In this document: positions 11,678 through 24,800 of the stretch, piece by piece
Layout of the letters: each line of letters begins with the position of its first letter
Position numbering within the stretch: position 1 is the first letter of the stretch
From: Blastocladiella emersonii ATCC 22665
Taxonomy: Eukaryota > Fungi > Blastocladiomycota
Length of the DNA: 64,000 nt
Reading direction: 5' to 3'
NCBI GenBank assembly: GCA_025594325.1
Contig: JANHCV010000013.1
Coordinates: 992,001-1,056,000 of the forward strand
Made by a program: the position numbers and the translations under genes
The notes under the pieces: model-generated
The model's input: only the letters and a program-made list of their open reading frames with translations
Databases searched by the model: none
What the model was told of the DNA's origin: nothing

Positions 11678-12910
11678 ATGCAACGCCTGCCTACAGAGCT
11701 TATCGAGGACATCCTGATCCTCGTCCTGCGCGCCGACCCGCGCACCGTGGACCCGCAGCCGCTCGTCCGCGTCGCGCCCGGCCTTGCTCGCCTTCGCCGT
11801 ACCGTGTTCATGCACTCGAAGCATAAGCGCGTCTGGACGATCCTTGACCACTACGACGCGCGCGTGTGGGCCGAAATCATCCAGCTACGCCGCCGCCGTC
11901 CGCCCGTCGGCGACGACGAGGCCACATTCTACCTCGCCCTGTTGTGTGCCGCCGGCCGCGTCGATCTGCTGAACGAGTGGCGTGACGCGGGCCGCGTGTT
12001 CCCGACCTCGCCGTTGTACGTCGACCAGGCGACTGGCCACGGATCGGTCGATGTCTTGAAGTGGCTGGTCGAGAAGAGTCTCGCACATGAGTACACGGAG
12101 GCGGGGATCACGGACGCCGTGACTGCAGGTACCCGCAGCTCGCTGCGGTGGTGGAAGACGTCGGGCCTCGCGCCCAAGATCTCGCGGGACGCACTCCTTG
12201 CCGCGGTCCAGCGTGACTCGCCAAGCCCGCTCAACTGGATGTGCTCAGCCGTAAGCGGCGACGACGCGCGGTTCGGGTACGACTGGCGGTACGAGCTCGC
12301 GCCGGAGGCGTTTGCGTGCGGCAGCGCCAAGGTGCTCACCAAGTGCGCCAAGTGGATCCCGTGCACGGGCTACGCGGTCGAGGTGACTGACTGGACCGAG
12401 CGCGTGCGGTCCGCGGTGGAGCAAGAGCAGGTCGGGTTCCTTGACTGGATCTACCGCAACGTGGACGGCGCGCTGCTCGACGCCCACACCAAGCCCGCGG
12501 ACACGAGCGAGGAGTACGGCGTCAACGCGATCCAGAGCGCGGCGGACGACGGCGAGTACGGCTACGACTGGGACTTTGATGAGGCCGGCGCCGCGGACGC
12601 GTCGGCGTACGCGCGGTTCTGGCGGTTCATGGTCGGGTACGCGAGTAAGCTGAACCGCGTCGCGGTGCTCGACTGGTTCCTCGCGACGGTTCCGCGCGAC
12701 GAGTTCGCGTGCCCTCGCGGCTGGTCGATTGTGGATCGCGGCGACGACGAGGCGGCGGCGCTCGCGCGGCTCGAGTGGTGGGTCAAGTCGGGCGTGCAGC
12801 TCAAGCTCGGGCGGAATCACGCGCGGTGCGCAGGGGAGTTTGCGCGGAAGATTGGGTTTGAACGGATCGCGCAGTGGTGGGACGACTTCAACAAGCACCA
12901 GCTGCGGTAA
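11678..12910 (+). CDS. F-box-like plus ankyrin-like repeat protein (410 aa)
   Basis: MQRLPTELIEDILIL; colinear with 461-1768 (FWRFMVGYASK, RLEWWVKSGV). Confidence 0.8.
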   Translation: MQRLPTELIEDILILVLRADPRTVDPQPLVRVAPGLARLRRTVFMHSKHKRVWTILDHYDARVWAEIIQLRRRRPPVGDDEATFYLALLCAAGRVDLLNEWRDAGRVFPTSPLYVDQATGHGSVDVLKWLVEKSLAHEYTEAGITDAVTAGTRSSLRWWKTSGLAPKISRDALLAAVQRDSPSPLNWMCSAVSGDDARFGYDWRYELAPEAFACGSAKVLTKCAKWIPCTGYAVEVTDWTERVRSAVEQEQVGFLDWIYRNVDGALLDAHTKPADTSEEYGVNAIQSAADDGEYGYDWDFDEAGAADASAYARFWRFMVGYASKLNRVAVLDWFLATVPRDEFACPRGWSIVDRGDDEAAALARLEWWVKSGVQLKLGRNHARCAGEFARKIGFERIAQWWDDFNKHQLR

Positions 12911-13217
12911 TGATGGCTCAACAACAATGTATATGCCTTGCGACTCTACGTTTCTCACGCCAGGGCTGATAAACCTCGTGAAGCGGCTGAGGGTGCCCAA
13001 ACAGCGATTTGCTCGCGTCCATTCTGCACGCCGCACAAACGACGCGTTTTCCGTGTCCCGGAGTGCGCCTGGTATATCCTTGTGCCATTGCGAGACACCC
13101 TGCGAGACATCACGCGGACCACACGTGCGTGGCGGAACGGATCGGCGCAGCACGTTTCCGACTTTGTGCCACTCGTCGCGGTTGGCTCCCTCTCTTGCAC
13201 TCCCGACTCTCATCCCC

Positions 13218-13700
13218 ATGCAACGCACAATGCACGAACCTCACCGGCGCTGCAGTGCGGGAGCACTGAGGTGCTCGACGCGTACCAGAGCAAGCTTCCG
13301 TGGAAACGCGTTTTGGAGGTGACCGGGTGGGCGACGCACGTCCAGCGTGCGATTGAACTCGAGCAGCTTGGGTTCCTTGACTGGCTGTTCCACAAGCTTG
13401 GCAATTCAGAGCTTACGAGCGTGGTCGAGGCTGGATGCAGCGACTATGTCGACCTCGACTGCGACGTTGAAGAGGACGGCCAAGACGCGTCGTACTTCCG
13501 CGCGACGCGTTTCCTTGCCCGATCCGTTGGTACGCTGTGGAGCTTGGCGAAGACAAGGACGCAGTGCTAGCACGGCTCGAGTGGTGGAAGCGCTCGGGCG
13601 CCCGGCTCATGTTGGCCGCCGAGCAGGCCTACAGCGTGCAAGCACATGCGGTGGCTGTCAAGTTTCACGCGACCGCGCAACGGTGACGCGAGTCGGGCTT
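13218..13700 (+). pseudogene. Internally deleted, frameshifted duplicate of 13915-15045
   Basis: Upstream region and ATGCAA start match the 13915 gene, then the sequence jumps to the GST..LDA...PWKRVLE segment. Confidence 0.7.
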
Positions 13701-13914
13701 TGGTGCTCATTTACATAAAATTGTTCCTTTTGCATATTGAGCTGCATGTCTCTCTCGTCGACCTCAGCGCGAAGTGACCGCGAGACACGATGTGGGACAT
13801 CACGCGCTGTGAACGTGAGTGGCGCCGCCGATCCGCTGGCGCAACGCGTTTCCTTTCTCGCGCCACACTTCGCTCGCTGCTGGCTCCCTCTCTTGCACCC
13901 TCCGACTATCAACC

Positions 13915-15045
13915 ATGCAACTCACAACTACTGAATCGCACCGACTGCAACGACTTCCGCTCGAGGTGATGGAAGACATTCTCGTGCGCGAGCTGATCCA
14001 ACGGCGCCAGGACGTGCCGCTCAATGACACCGTCCAGGTGAGCTTCTACCTTGGCACTTTGTGCGCGGCGGGCCGCACCGACCTGCTCGACGACTGGTGT
14101 ACGCGCACCGATTATTGGGACGACGAGTACGACGACACGATGCACTACTTCCCGCGGTCGCCGGTGTACATGGACGCGGCGTCGGCGCAGGGGCAGGTCG
14201 GCGTGCTGCAGTGGCTGCACGACAAGTACCTCCACGGCAGCTACACGGCCGTGGCGCTCGACCTCGCCATGAAGGCAGGCCACCGCCGGGTGCTCGACTG
14301 GTGGGAAACGGCGGAACTCGGGCTCGAGGTGTCGTACCGCCTGTTCGAGGAGGCGGTCGCCGAGGATAACGTGCTGCTGCTCAGCTGGTTCGCCCGGTGT
14401 GCGCTCCCGCACTGCAACTTTTTGAAGACTCAAATCAACGACGTCCACGAGCTTCCCCAGATGGCCGAGTACGCGGACGCGTGGCGGTGCGCGCTGACGC
14501 TCAAGGCGGTGGAGTGCGGGAGCACGGACACCCTCGACGCGTTTGAGCGCAAGATGCCGTGGAAACGCGTGTTGGAGGCGACCGGTTGGACGGCGCACGT
14601 GTGCCGCGCGATCGAAGGTGAGCAGATCAGCTTTCTCGATTGGCTGGTCCGCAAGCTGGGCGACACGGGGCTCACGAGCGCGGTCGAGGCGGGGTGCAGC
14701 TACGACCTCGATGCCGATTTCGAGGAAGAAGGCGGCCAAGACGCGCCGTACCTGTGGCGGCTCATGGTTGGCTACGCGAGCCAGAGCAACCGCGTGGCGG
14801 TGCTCGACTGGGCCCGCCTGGTCCTCCCGCGCGACGACAAGTTCCCCTGCCCGGCCAACTGGCACGTCGTGCAGCAGGGCGACGAAGAGCACGAGGCGAT
14901 GGCGCGGCTCGAGTGGTGGTGGAAGCATTCGGGAGTCCCGCTCACGCTGACCCCCGAGCAAGCCCGCACCGCGCGAGTGTGGGCCGAGGAGGCCGGGTTC
15001 CGACGGGTCGCGCAGTGGTGGCGCGAGTTGGGGTTTGAAGGCTGA
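13915..15045 (+). CDS. F-box-like plus ankyrin-like repeat protein
   Basis: LQRLPLEVMEDIL; MDAASAQGQVGVLQWL; LWRLMVGYASQ; RLEWWW..SG. Confidence 0.8.
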   Translation: MQLTTTESHRLQRLPLEVMEDILVRELIQRRQDVPLNDTVQVSFYLGTLCAAGRTDLLDDWCTRTDYWDDEYDDTMHYFPRSPVYMDAASAQGQVGVLQWLHDKYLHGSYTAVALDLAMKAGHRRVLDWWETAELGLEVSYRLFEEAVAEDNVLLLSWFARCALPHCNFLKTQINDVHELPQMAEYADAWRCALTLKAVECGSTDTLDAFERKMPWKRVLEATGWTAHVCRAIEGEQISFLDWLVRKLGDTGLTSAVEAGCSYDLDADFEEEGGQDAPYLWRLMVGYASQSNRVAVLDWARLVLPRDDKFPCPANWHVVQQGDEEHEAMARLEWWWKHSGVPLTLTPEQARTARVWAEEAGFRRVAQWWRELGFEG

Positions 15046-15332
15046 GACAAGTTTTGTATACACGTTGCTGGTTTTGCGTCCCCGAGCCCGTCCCAAAGCA
15101 GCGAGGGAGGCGAAACGCGCGCCGAGCGACGCGTCGGCTTCCGCCCCGTGGCGCACGTGCGGTTTCAGCCTGGGCTGGCCGACCGGCGAGCGCCTCAGCC
15201 GCGGCCGAGACGAGGCCGAGACCGAGTGGAACCAGCGACCCCCCTCACGCCCATGTATCATCACCCCGCGCAGGCGACCGGCCGCCACACTTGACGCACT
15301 ACCCTCTCCGTGTCTACCGCTGCTGCTGCGTC

Positions 15333-17534
15333 ATGGCCGCGCCGCCGCCGCCGCCTCCGCTCCCGGGTCTCGCGCCGCCCCCGCCGCCTCCGCCACCACC
15401 ACCGCAAGCGTCTTCGACCCCGCCGCCGACGCACGCCGCATGCATCACCCGCGCAACCGCGACACTGGACGCGATCCGGGCCGAGTGGACCCTCGCCGCC
15501 GCCGACCTGCAGAACGCCGGCACCTCCGCGCCGCTGGTGCACCTGATCCTGGCCTCGCCGCGCGCTCTCCCGCCGCTCGTGCACTCGCGGTGGGTCAACC
15601 AGCCGCTGCACGGCACGCGCGTGTGCCCCGTGCACGTCGCCGCGCTGGCCGCGTCGTGGGCGTGGTTCGCGTGGCTGGTCGCGCCGCTCGATACAGCGCG
15701 GCCGTCGCGGGGGTGGGTCAGCCCGGAAGAGGGGCAGTGGGTGAAGTGTGCTGCGACGGACGTGTGCCCCGTCATCGTCGAGCTCGACCTGCGCACCGCG
15801 AATCGGTGGACGCTCATGCACTACGTCGTGGGTGCGGACGCGGGAGAGTACCGGAGGTTTCGCGCGGAGCTTGAGGCGGGTCGGGTCGCCAAGGGTACGT
15901 TTTTCACGTTGCACGGTCGAAACGGGCGAATCTGACTCGTACCCGTTGTAGACTTCCGCTACACGTCGCGCTTCACCCAACGGCTCCTTCTCTCCCTCCC
16001 CGAACCCTCGCTCCTCGCGCTCCTCGTCTCGGTCGACGCCGAACTGCGGTGGTCGCCGCTGCACCTCGCCGCGGCGCTCGACGTGCACGCGACCGTGACG
16101 CAGCTGTGCCGCGCCGTGCGCCACCACCGCCTCGCCGCGCGCGTGTTCCCGCTCCGCGACATCCACGGCCGCACCGCCCTGCACTACGCGCAGTCGCCCT
16201 ACGTCCTGACCGACCTGCTTGACGGGTTGGGGGATACCGACCCTCTGCCCGTCGACAAATTCGGCCTCCTGCCCTGGGCGTACGCCGCCGCCGCGCCCGC
16301 ACGGTCGGCGCTCCCGCTCGTCCACGCGTGGATCGAGACCGGGCGCATGTTTGGCGCGGATGCCGCTGCGAACCGCGCGAGCCGCGACTTTTTCACCGCG
16401 ACCGTCACCAAACGGTTCGCGGACGGCGAGGCCGAGGTCGCGTTCGCACTGTCGGCGGCGATGGCGCATTGTGTGCTCTCCACGTCGCTCCCGCCGCCGC
16501 AGCCACGGCTCGGCCCGCCGCCCGCGCAGCCGCCAGTGGGGGCGGTGCAGCTCGACTCGCCCGCGCCAAGTAGCAGCAGCTCGGCCGACGAGCCCGACAA
16601 CGCGGCGGCGGCGGCCGCGGATCCGCCGGCCGGCACGATCTGGGCGTCGCTGTACGACATTGTCGGCGCCGCGCGCAAGAAGGCGCTCGTTGCCGCGGCG
16701 GCGGCCGGGACGGCAAGGCCAAGCGCTCCCGCAGTCGCCCGGCCCGCTCCCGCCGCCGCGCAACCCGCAGCTGCGCCGCCACCGTCGCGGACCACGCCGG
16801 CGCCCTCGGCTGCCGCGATCGCCGCGGCCGCGGCTGCGAGCCGACCCGCCCCGTCGTCGTCGTCCGCACCGCCACCGCGTCCCGCCGCGCCCGCGCCCGC
16901 GCCCGCACCCGCGCTCATCGCGCCGGCGGTACCCGACCACGACGACCGCGACCACGATGTGGCGGGCATCGACCACGGCCTCGACCTCGCGTCCGAGACG
17001 GGCTCCATGCACTCGGGCCTCACCGACGCGCGGCCCGCGACCCCCGCCCCCACCGTCGACCACGAGTGGTGCGCGGTCCCCGTCCCCCTCACCACCTGCC
17101 CGTTCCCCGGCTGCCCCACCCCAACGACGCCGCTCCCGCCGGCGCAATTCCTCGACCACTTCAAGTCGCACCTGTACCGCCCCTCGCGGCACAAGTCGGG
17201 CCGCAAACCCTGCACGTTCCCCGGGTGCACCTTCTCGCACCACCTGCACAGCGGCGCCATGTCGCACTTTGTCAGCAAGCACTGCCCGCCGCTCTTCACG
17301 TGCCGGTTCTGCGCCGAGTTCGCGTCGTACGCCGCCGGGCATGTCGCGGTCCATGCGAAAGCCGCGCACGCGGACGAGTGGGCGCGCGTCGCGCCGCCAA
17401 GTGAGCCCGAGTCGCCGCGGATGCAGCGGGACGCGAGCGAGGCGTCCTCGCCGCCGCCGCTCGAGTCCCCGCGCGCGCCACGCCGGTCGCGCAGCGCGGC
17501 CGAGTCCGCGATCGCCGCGTCCGCCTCCACCCAC

Positions 17535-17565
<31 letters not shown>

Positions 17566-18911
17566 ATCCCGCGCCCACGTCCGGCTGCTACGCCCCGGGC
17601 CTCGTGCAATGCACGCTCCCCGCGTGCCCGTCGCTCCTCCCCGCGCGCGACGCCGAGGCGCACTTCCGCGCGCACGCCCAGCAAGCGCACGCGGCGCGCG
17701 GCGCGGCTTTCGAGCGGCAGTGCGTGTTCCCCGGCTGCTCGTACGTCGCGCGCGCGGAAAAGGGGTACGTCGGGAACGTCATGACCCATATGGTCAAGGC
17801 CCACGCGCCGCTGTTCCTCAAGTGCCCGCTGTGCAACCACCGCGAGTGCGCCGTCGACCGGCTCACGGGGCACGCGCGCCGCGCGCATGGGGTTAGCCGG
17901 GACGAGTTCAAGATCAGGTTTCGCGAGGCGGGTGCCGGCGGTGGGTCGGAGAGGCGGCGGGGTCGCAAGCGGAAGCGGGAGGAGGTGCGGGCCGAGTCGG
18001 AGGAGTCCGAATCCGAGGAGGAGCGCGACGATGACGCGAGCGAGTCCGAGCTCGACCACGACGACGACGACGACGACGACGATCTCGTGCACCCGCCCCC
18101 GCCACCCCCGCCCGCGCCCTTCACCTCAACCACCGCCGCCGCCGCCGCAGCCCTCGGTCCGCCGCTCTCGCCGGACCCCGCCTGCCTCGCCCCGCCGTCG
18201 CACCCGCTCGCGCCACTCGCCCTCCGCGCGGACCTGTCCACGCTCCTCCCCGCGCGGTACGCGACGCCCGCGCAGGTCCACGCGTACACGCGCGCGTACG
18301 CCGCGGCGGTCGCCGCGGGCCCCGCGCGCCATGACCACGACTGGATCGCCGAGCCCGCGCGCGCGCAGGGGCACGCGGTCGACGTGTATATCACGGATAC
18401 CGGCGAGCTGGTGCTCGGGCGCGCGGTCGACCGGGTATGGCGGTTTGGCGGTGCAGCAACGGCGGAAACGCAGGTCGTCTACCCGCTCATCCCGTGCGCG
18501 AGCGTCAACGCGGCGGTGCGCCGGCACGTCGAGGTCGCGCGGTACCAGCACCCGACGCGCGTCCCCGCTGTCGGCAAGCCTGGCGAGCACGCCGTGGGTC
18601 CTGCGGGCCGCGTGTACGAGCCCGTCGACCCGTCGCCCGCGGCGCTGGACAACGGCGGCAGCGGCGGCGAGGCGTACCTGTACTTTGCGGTGCGCGCCGC
18701 GGCGCCCGTCCGCGTCCCGCTCCGCCGCCTTGTGCGCGCGTACGCGGATGGAGGGCCCGAGGTCGTGGATGCGCCGCCGATCGTCGCGGTGCCGCTGGAG
18801 GGGGAGGAGGATGGGTGCGTGTTGTGGACCGCGTTCAAGCACCGCGAGCTCGTCGAGTACCTCCACGGGCTCGGGTTTCGGAATCGCGCGGTGCCGGCGG
18901 TGGTGGATTGA
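15333..18911 (+). CDS. Ankyrin-repeat plus multi-C2H2 zinc-finger protein with Pro/Ala-rich linkers and an acidic tract; intron 15895-15951
   Basis: The 57-nt intron GTACGT...TCTGAC...TAG joins two in-frame ORFs; WSPLHLAA and GRTALHYA ankyrin motifs; six Cx2-4C...H(x3-4)H fingers; RRRGRKRKR NLS-like stretch. Confidence 0.75.
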
Positions 18912-18963
18912 GGAAGAGGTGTTATTTATCAATGGACAGCTTGGTGTGTGTGATGTTGTGGAT

Positions 18964-19809
18964 CTACTCGGACTTGGGCTTCGTTGGGCCCTCGGCCGTC
19001 GTCGACGGCGCGGACGGCGTCTTCATGGTCGCGAAGGCCAGGCGCTCCATGTACCGGCCGCAGATCATGATGCTAAGCCGAGAGCGGGTGAGGGGCGGTG
19101 AGCGCAGTGAGCGGCGACCGCGGCGTACCTGTTGACGGCGAGCCAGCCGGCGGGGAAAAACGTGCGCGTCTGCATGAAGCGGCGGGTCATGACGGCGAGG
19201 AGGACCATGGCGACGGCTTCGGCGGGGTTCGGGGTCAGTTGGGCGCAAGCGGGAGGAGAGGGAGGGCGTACCGATCAGCGGCACCATGCCGACCAGGCTG
19301 CGCGGGCGCTTGGACAGGACGTAGGTCGCAAAGAAGATGACGAGGCCGCACGCCGAGCCCATGTACAGGGACGTGAGGGACTCTACACATCCTGCAATCG
19401 TCAGTCGTGCGCGCGTGCAAGAGAGAAGTAACGATGGTACGCACGCGCCTGCGAGTACCCGACGAACCCGCCGCCCATGACCATGAGCCCGTACGCGAAC
19501 GCGACCGTGTCGAAGGTCGGCACAAACGACTCGGAGAACATCATGGGCGGGTGGTCCGGGTCGTCCAGGTTGCGCACCGCGCGCTGCGCGCTCGCGCGGA
19601 GCTCCTCGAGGCCGTCAGCGTCCTTCTCGGGCTTCTTGTCTTCGACAGCAGCGGGCACGGGCTTGGGCTCGGCGAGCGACTTGCCCTCGCTCTGCGCCTC
19701 GGCGATCCGCTCGCTGAGAAGGCGGCGACGGGGTGAGTTGGTGCGGCGACGCTGGCAGGGGCGGCGCTTACACGTTCGGCATAATGTGCTGGGCGAGAAT
19801 GCGATCCAT
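18964..19809 (-). CDS. TMEM14: TMEM14/FAX-family small membrane protein, multi-exon
   Basis: DTVAFAYGLMVMGGGFVGY, SLYMGSACG and RRFMQTRTFFPAG match the Tmemb_14 pattern; pieces are separated by short GT-AG introns. Confidence 0.75.
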
Positions 19810-20139
19810 GGTGTGTGTGCGTGGGTGTGGTGATCCGTGGTTGATACGTTTCCGGGGGGAGGAGAGGGGACGGGCGTCGGGCGGCGACTTGGGGCGAACC
19901 GAGTGGCGGCGAAGGCGAAAGGCGCGACGCGAACACGTTTCGCTCGCCGCTTCGCCACACTTCCGTCCTCCCTCCCCCATGCTCGCGTCGCTCGGCTCGC
20001 TGGATGGTTAGCTCATGGAGTAACTCGTTGCAACGTTCTCGGCGCCAGATTTTGAGGCGACGGAGGCGAGCGCGAAGGTTGACCGTGCGCGGACCTGGCT
20101 GGGCGGGCAACGCGCTCCGCGACGCACACGCCGCCGGGT

Positions 20140-21070
20140 TCTTCCTTTCTCGCGATGCCAACAGCGCTGACACACAGCTGTGCGCGTTGCTATGCGGCTT
20201 CCGCGATTCCTCTCGGTCGCGCTCATGGTCAGCGAGGCCGCGCACAATCGGCGCCTCACCGCCGCGTCCTTCGCGCCCGACAAGCTACGTCCCGAGCCGG
20301 TCGCGCGTTCGCTCTTGATTCTCCACGCTCTCATGCCTCCGACGCTCAATCGATTGACTTGCCCTCGACGGTGTCGCGCGTGTGTGTCATGAACGACGCG
20401 ACGCTCCAGACCGCTCGGGCGTGTTGGCGCACTTGGCTTGAGCGGCGCGAAGTGCTTCCTTCGCTGATCGAGCTCGCAACGGCCCGGAAGCCCGCGCTTG
20501 ATACGCCGGCCAAATTTGAGTCCTACACTGCTGACACCTAACCGCTGAGACTTACGGGCCCGTTTGCACCCTTACTCGAGTGCTCGAAAATCGCACCACG
20601 ACTGCCGTTCCCCTTCGCCGCACCGACCTGTTGAGGCCGTTGCGCGACGCCCGCATGCGTTGCAAGGTCGAGCATCTCGTCTAGTGCAATGGCTGATTTT
20701 TGCTCGGGCAAGCGCTTCTCGGGTAGATCTTCCGATCCCTAACCCGATTGCTCCTGGCGGCACACGCTCAGGTCGCTCAGTTCCGCTGACTGGCGACTGC
20801 GTCTCCGTGAGCTACAATCGATCGGGTTCAAGACACGTTCGTTGCTCGAGCGAATCGACGCTTGGACTTGTGCTCTTTCAATAGCCTTCAAACGCACAGC
20901 TATCAGCGCCGACAAGCTTTGGAAACATTCGCTCCGGCCCACCGCGTTTCTTTCATCCTCTGTGCTTCAACCCTGATCACACATGAACTCCTTGCCGACC
21001 CAAAGACGCGATCCGATGTTGCTGACCGAAACGTTGACGCTTTGGATTGGTGCGACTCGTGTGGGGTATG
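20140..21070 (+). pseudogene. Decayed partial duplicate of the 21874 DUF4470-like gene
   Basis: LRPEPVARSLLILHAL and VCVMNDATLQTARACWRTWLE are shared with the 21874 copy; many frameshifts. Confidence 0.7.
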
Positions 21071-21873
21071 AAGCGGGACTATCGCCGCCGCGGCACTCGC
21101 GCAGCGGCGAGGTTCAACGCGCAACCGCGGGCGCCGCTGCGATAGCACGCGTCATCAGGGTGAGGAAGTGGCGCAAGACATCACGGCGTGGAACGCGATG
21201 CCGATGCTGCGCAGTGCGCGCGCGTACAGGCGAGGGTCATGCGGCTGCTTTTTCGCGCCGAGCGGCGGTGTGGCGACTGGCACCTTGAAGCACAGACGTA
21301 GCTTTAGCGACTGCGCCGCAGCGGAAGCGCCTATCTCTGGACGGCGGTCGAGGCGATGGCCGTCGCATCGGAGAGCGTGAGGCGCGGATCGATGAGCTTG
21401 CGCAGGTGGCCGCACATCTGCTTAAACCACGCGACGAGCGGCGCGTCAACGATGGCGGCCGCGGTGGTGCGTTCGATGCGGTTTGAGCTGAGGCGCTGTT
21501 CAGCAAGAGAATCGACAACTCTGGCGCGAAGGCCGCTGGCAATCCTGCTGGCAATCCCGCCCTCCCCCACCGACGCGAGAACTTTTCTGATGCGCGCCAT
21601 TGACCGCCGGGGGCACGAACATAAGCGAGACAGGACGCGTGAAACCGTGCACCTGCATGTCAGCGATCTCGATGCGGTCCAGATGAGGCCGACGAAACGC
21701 GAGACAGGAGACGCGCCGCAAAATCATGTGAGTGCTCACGAGATCAGTTCCCACCCCTCTTCGCCACCCCCGTTCGTCGCCTGTTCGTCGCCTGGATGCC
21801 TTCGCCTCACTCTCAGCAACGTCTCCCCTCCCTCAAGACGATAAATGCTAACCTCATGAAGTAACTTGTTGCA

Positions 21874-24800
21874 ATGAATTCAGCGCCGCAATTTATGCCA
21901 ACGCAGACCAGCGCGACGGTCCTGTATGCAGACACGTCAGAGCGCTTTGATCCGTTCCGCGACTCGCATGCCTCGGACATCTTTCTTCACCACGATGCCA
22001 AAGATGGCGGGCGTGAGCTAAGCGCCTTGCTTTGCGGTTTCAATGACCTGCGCTCGGTCGCGCACACGGTCGGCGAGGCAAAGCGCAAGGGCTCGAATTC
22101 CAGCATGTTCTTCACGCTCAACGACTTGCGCCCCGAGCCGATTGCTCGCTCGCTTCTCATCTTGCACGCGCTTGTTCACTTCACCCTCGACCGAGCGACG
22201 CTCGATCGGTTCGTTGGCCAGCTCTGGTTCTCGGAACACCTCGACGAGGACGCTCTCGACTTTTGGACCGACCGAATGCGCAAGTGCATGGAGTTTGACT
22301 GGCTTTCGACGTCGTCGCTGGTTCGCGTCATGAACGATGCGACACTCGAAGCCGTTCGCGCCTGCTGGCGCAAGTGGCTCGAGCAGTGCGGCTCGCTCCC
22401 TTCGTTGACCGAGCTGGCAGCAGCCCGAAAGTCCGCTCTTGCCGCCCGCGGACTCGATGGTACAGCCGGCCACGCTCTCCAAGCTTGCTCGGTGGCGGCC
22501 GCCTCGCTCGCCTGCGCGGACCCGTTGAAGCCGTCGCGCGGCGCCCGCGTGCGTTGCGAGGTCCAGCATCTCGTCGAGTCCAGCACCTACTTTTATTCGG
22601 GCGACAGCACCTCGGACCCGACTCACTTCGCGAACCCGACCTTTCCGGGCGGCTCGCGCAAAGCTTGCTCGGTCCCGCTCGCTGGCTTCCTCACCGACGT
22701 GAGTCGCGATCGGATCGAAGACTCCATGCTCGACCAGGTGCACGCGTGGACGTGCGCGCTCACCGACTCCTTCAAGCCCAAAACATTCGCGTCGGGCGAC
22801 GTTTCGATTACGTTCGGCCCGTTCCACCATGTCACCTTCGTCCTCGGCGACGCCGTGCTTGTCATGGAGCAGCTCTTCGCTGACCCGAAGCAGCGGCTCG
22901 ACGTGATTGACACATCGACGCTAATGGACCGCTGAGGCGCCCTTAATCTCCTTCTCCACGGTGCCTACCTGCTCAAGCGCAACAACTCGAAAACGGGCGA
23001 CAAGTCCACGCTCACGCTCTGCACCGGCGAGCCTGTCGAAACCGAGGACTCTTACTACAGCCATTGCATCGAGTGGCTCTCCTCGCTTTATTCGTGTGCC
23101 ATTCTCTCGCTCTTTGGGGTTGCCATGTACGAGGAGCGGAACAGCGAGTTTGGCCACTGGTTCTCTCACGTCAAGCCCTTTTCGCCTGCGTCGCGCGGCA
23201 GCCTGCCGCCGTATCGCGCGCTCACGTTCTGCAAGCTGGATGTTGGGCACGTCGCCATGTCCATCAAGTTCTCGGAACCGATTCTTCGCGATTTCACTGA
23301 CTTGTTGAGCCAGAACTACCTACTCAGTGCTCGCAAATATGCGCGCGGTACGCGTTCATTCTCTGCCCAAGACGTTGCGCAACAAACCCACTGACCTCGC
23401 GCTCCACGCTCCGCATAAGTGGCTCGTTTGCGACTCCCGCGTTTGGCGCCAAGCTTGTTGCGTACGCCATGGCCTCGTGTCACCTGGTCTGGACTCGTGG
23501 GCCGCCGAGCAACACGCTCAACTTTTCGTCGGAGCCCTTGGGAGGCGGTTGGTTTGGGAGCTTCTTCGGCGATACCACCTTAAAAATGTCGCCTGAGCGG
23601 CCCGTCATTGCGCGGATCCACGGGTTTGGCGAGCGGACGGCCGTCGTTGCGGGATATGACCGCGTGAAGCGCTTGTGCGCGACGTTCACGCTTCTCAACA
23701 CTCAGCGTGACATGAGCGCTTGCTCTATTTGCCTCGTCGTGCAGCAGGATGATTGCATCGACTTGGAGCAGCGGTATTGGAGCCTGAACGTTTCTTCGCA
23801 CAATCGAGACAAAGGCACGATTCAGGTCGTTTGCCACCTGGACCCTGAGCGTTTCGAGTGGGTCGATCAAGCCAGCTTCTCGCTTTACGCTGCTCCTGCC
23901 ATGGGCTCGTTCGCGTCAATTGTCCCTCACCACAAGATTGAGCTTGTGCGCATCAGCAACGTGCTTGTCTACATCAAGGACGAGCAGCCGCCGTCGCCTG
24001 CGGCCCTCACAATTTCCCAGGTCAAGGTCGCTGATCAGCAGCACGCGCTTCGCGGCATCAGGGCTTACGCTTTATCTGGAAGGCCCCCGCTTCGCACGCC
24101 GTGGAGCCTGCCTGCTTTGCAGCTCAGCGACTCCCACCGCGACCACAGCATTGCATATCTCTACCTCCAGATCCCGCAGGGCCGCGTCCTCAACTCGGTT
24201 GAGCTCGTACCCGAGCACGATCTCGCGCAGCACCGCGGCGCCGTTGCCCTGCTTGTCGATGGCGCGGTGCAATCGCTCCCGCTCCTCTATCCAGCCCGCG
24301 CAACCAACATTACGATTGACCGTACGAAGCGACTTGTCACGGTCACGGTCCACAAGATTTCGCAGGCTGTTGCGCCTGAATTCGGACTTGTCCCGCTTAT
24401 CCTGCGGCTCGCGACGCTTCCCAAACCTGCGACCAAATTTTTTTATGCTTTCCGCTGCGCTACGCTCGCTCGATTCCGTGGTTTCGGCATGCGGTCAGGC
24501 CGACTGCGCTGACGTTGGGCCAGGTGCGCGGGCTGCGAACAAGCTTAAGCTGCTGCTCAAGCAGCTCTTTGAGCTTGCAGCCGAAGCGGATGGGCCTTGT
24601 GTGATCAAGATTGTTGAAACCTACAGGGTGGGCCGCACGCTTGCCGTGATCCTGGTCGACCAGTTGCTTGTGATTCCGCCGCAGGGCCGGGTCCACGGCA
24701 TCACGCCCGCGCTCAACGTCGATTTCGTTTGCAAACCGCCGCCGCCTGCGCCTCAGTCTGCTTCCGCCGCTTCAGGCGCTAGCTTTCCAAAGTCAAACGG

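Noticed and set aside
15261-18092. 943-aa minus-strand ORF and similar long antisense ORFs (443-1675, 13909-15288, 30944-32047)
   Set aside because: Shadow frames of GC3-rich genes on the opposite strand; low-complexity R/G/A products with no motifs.
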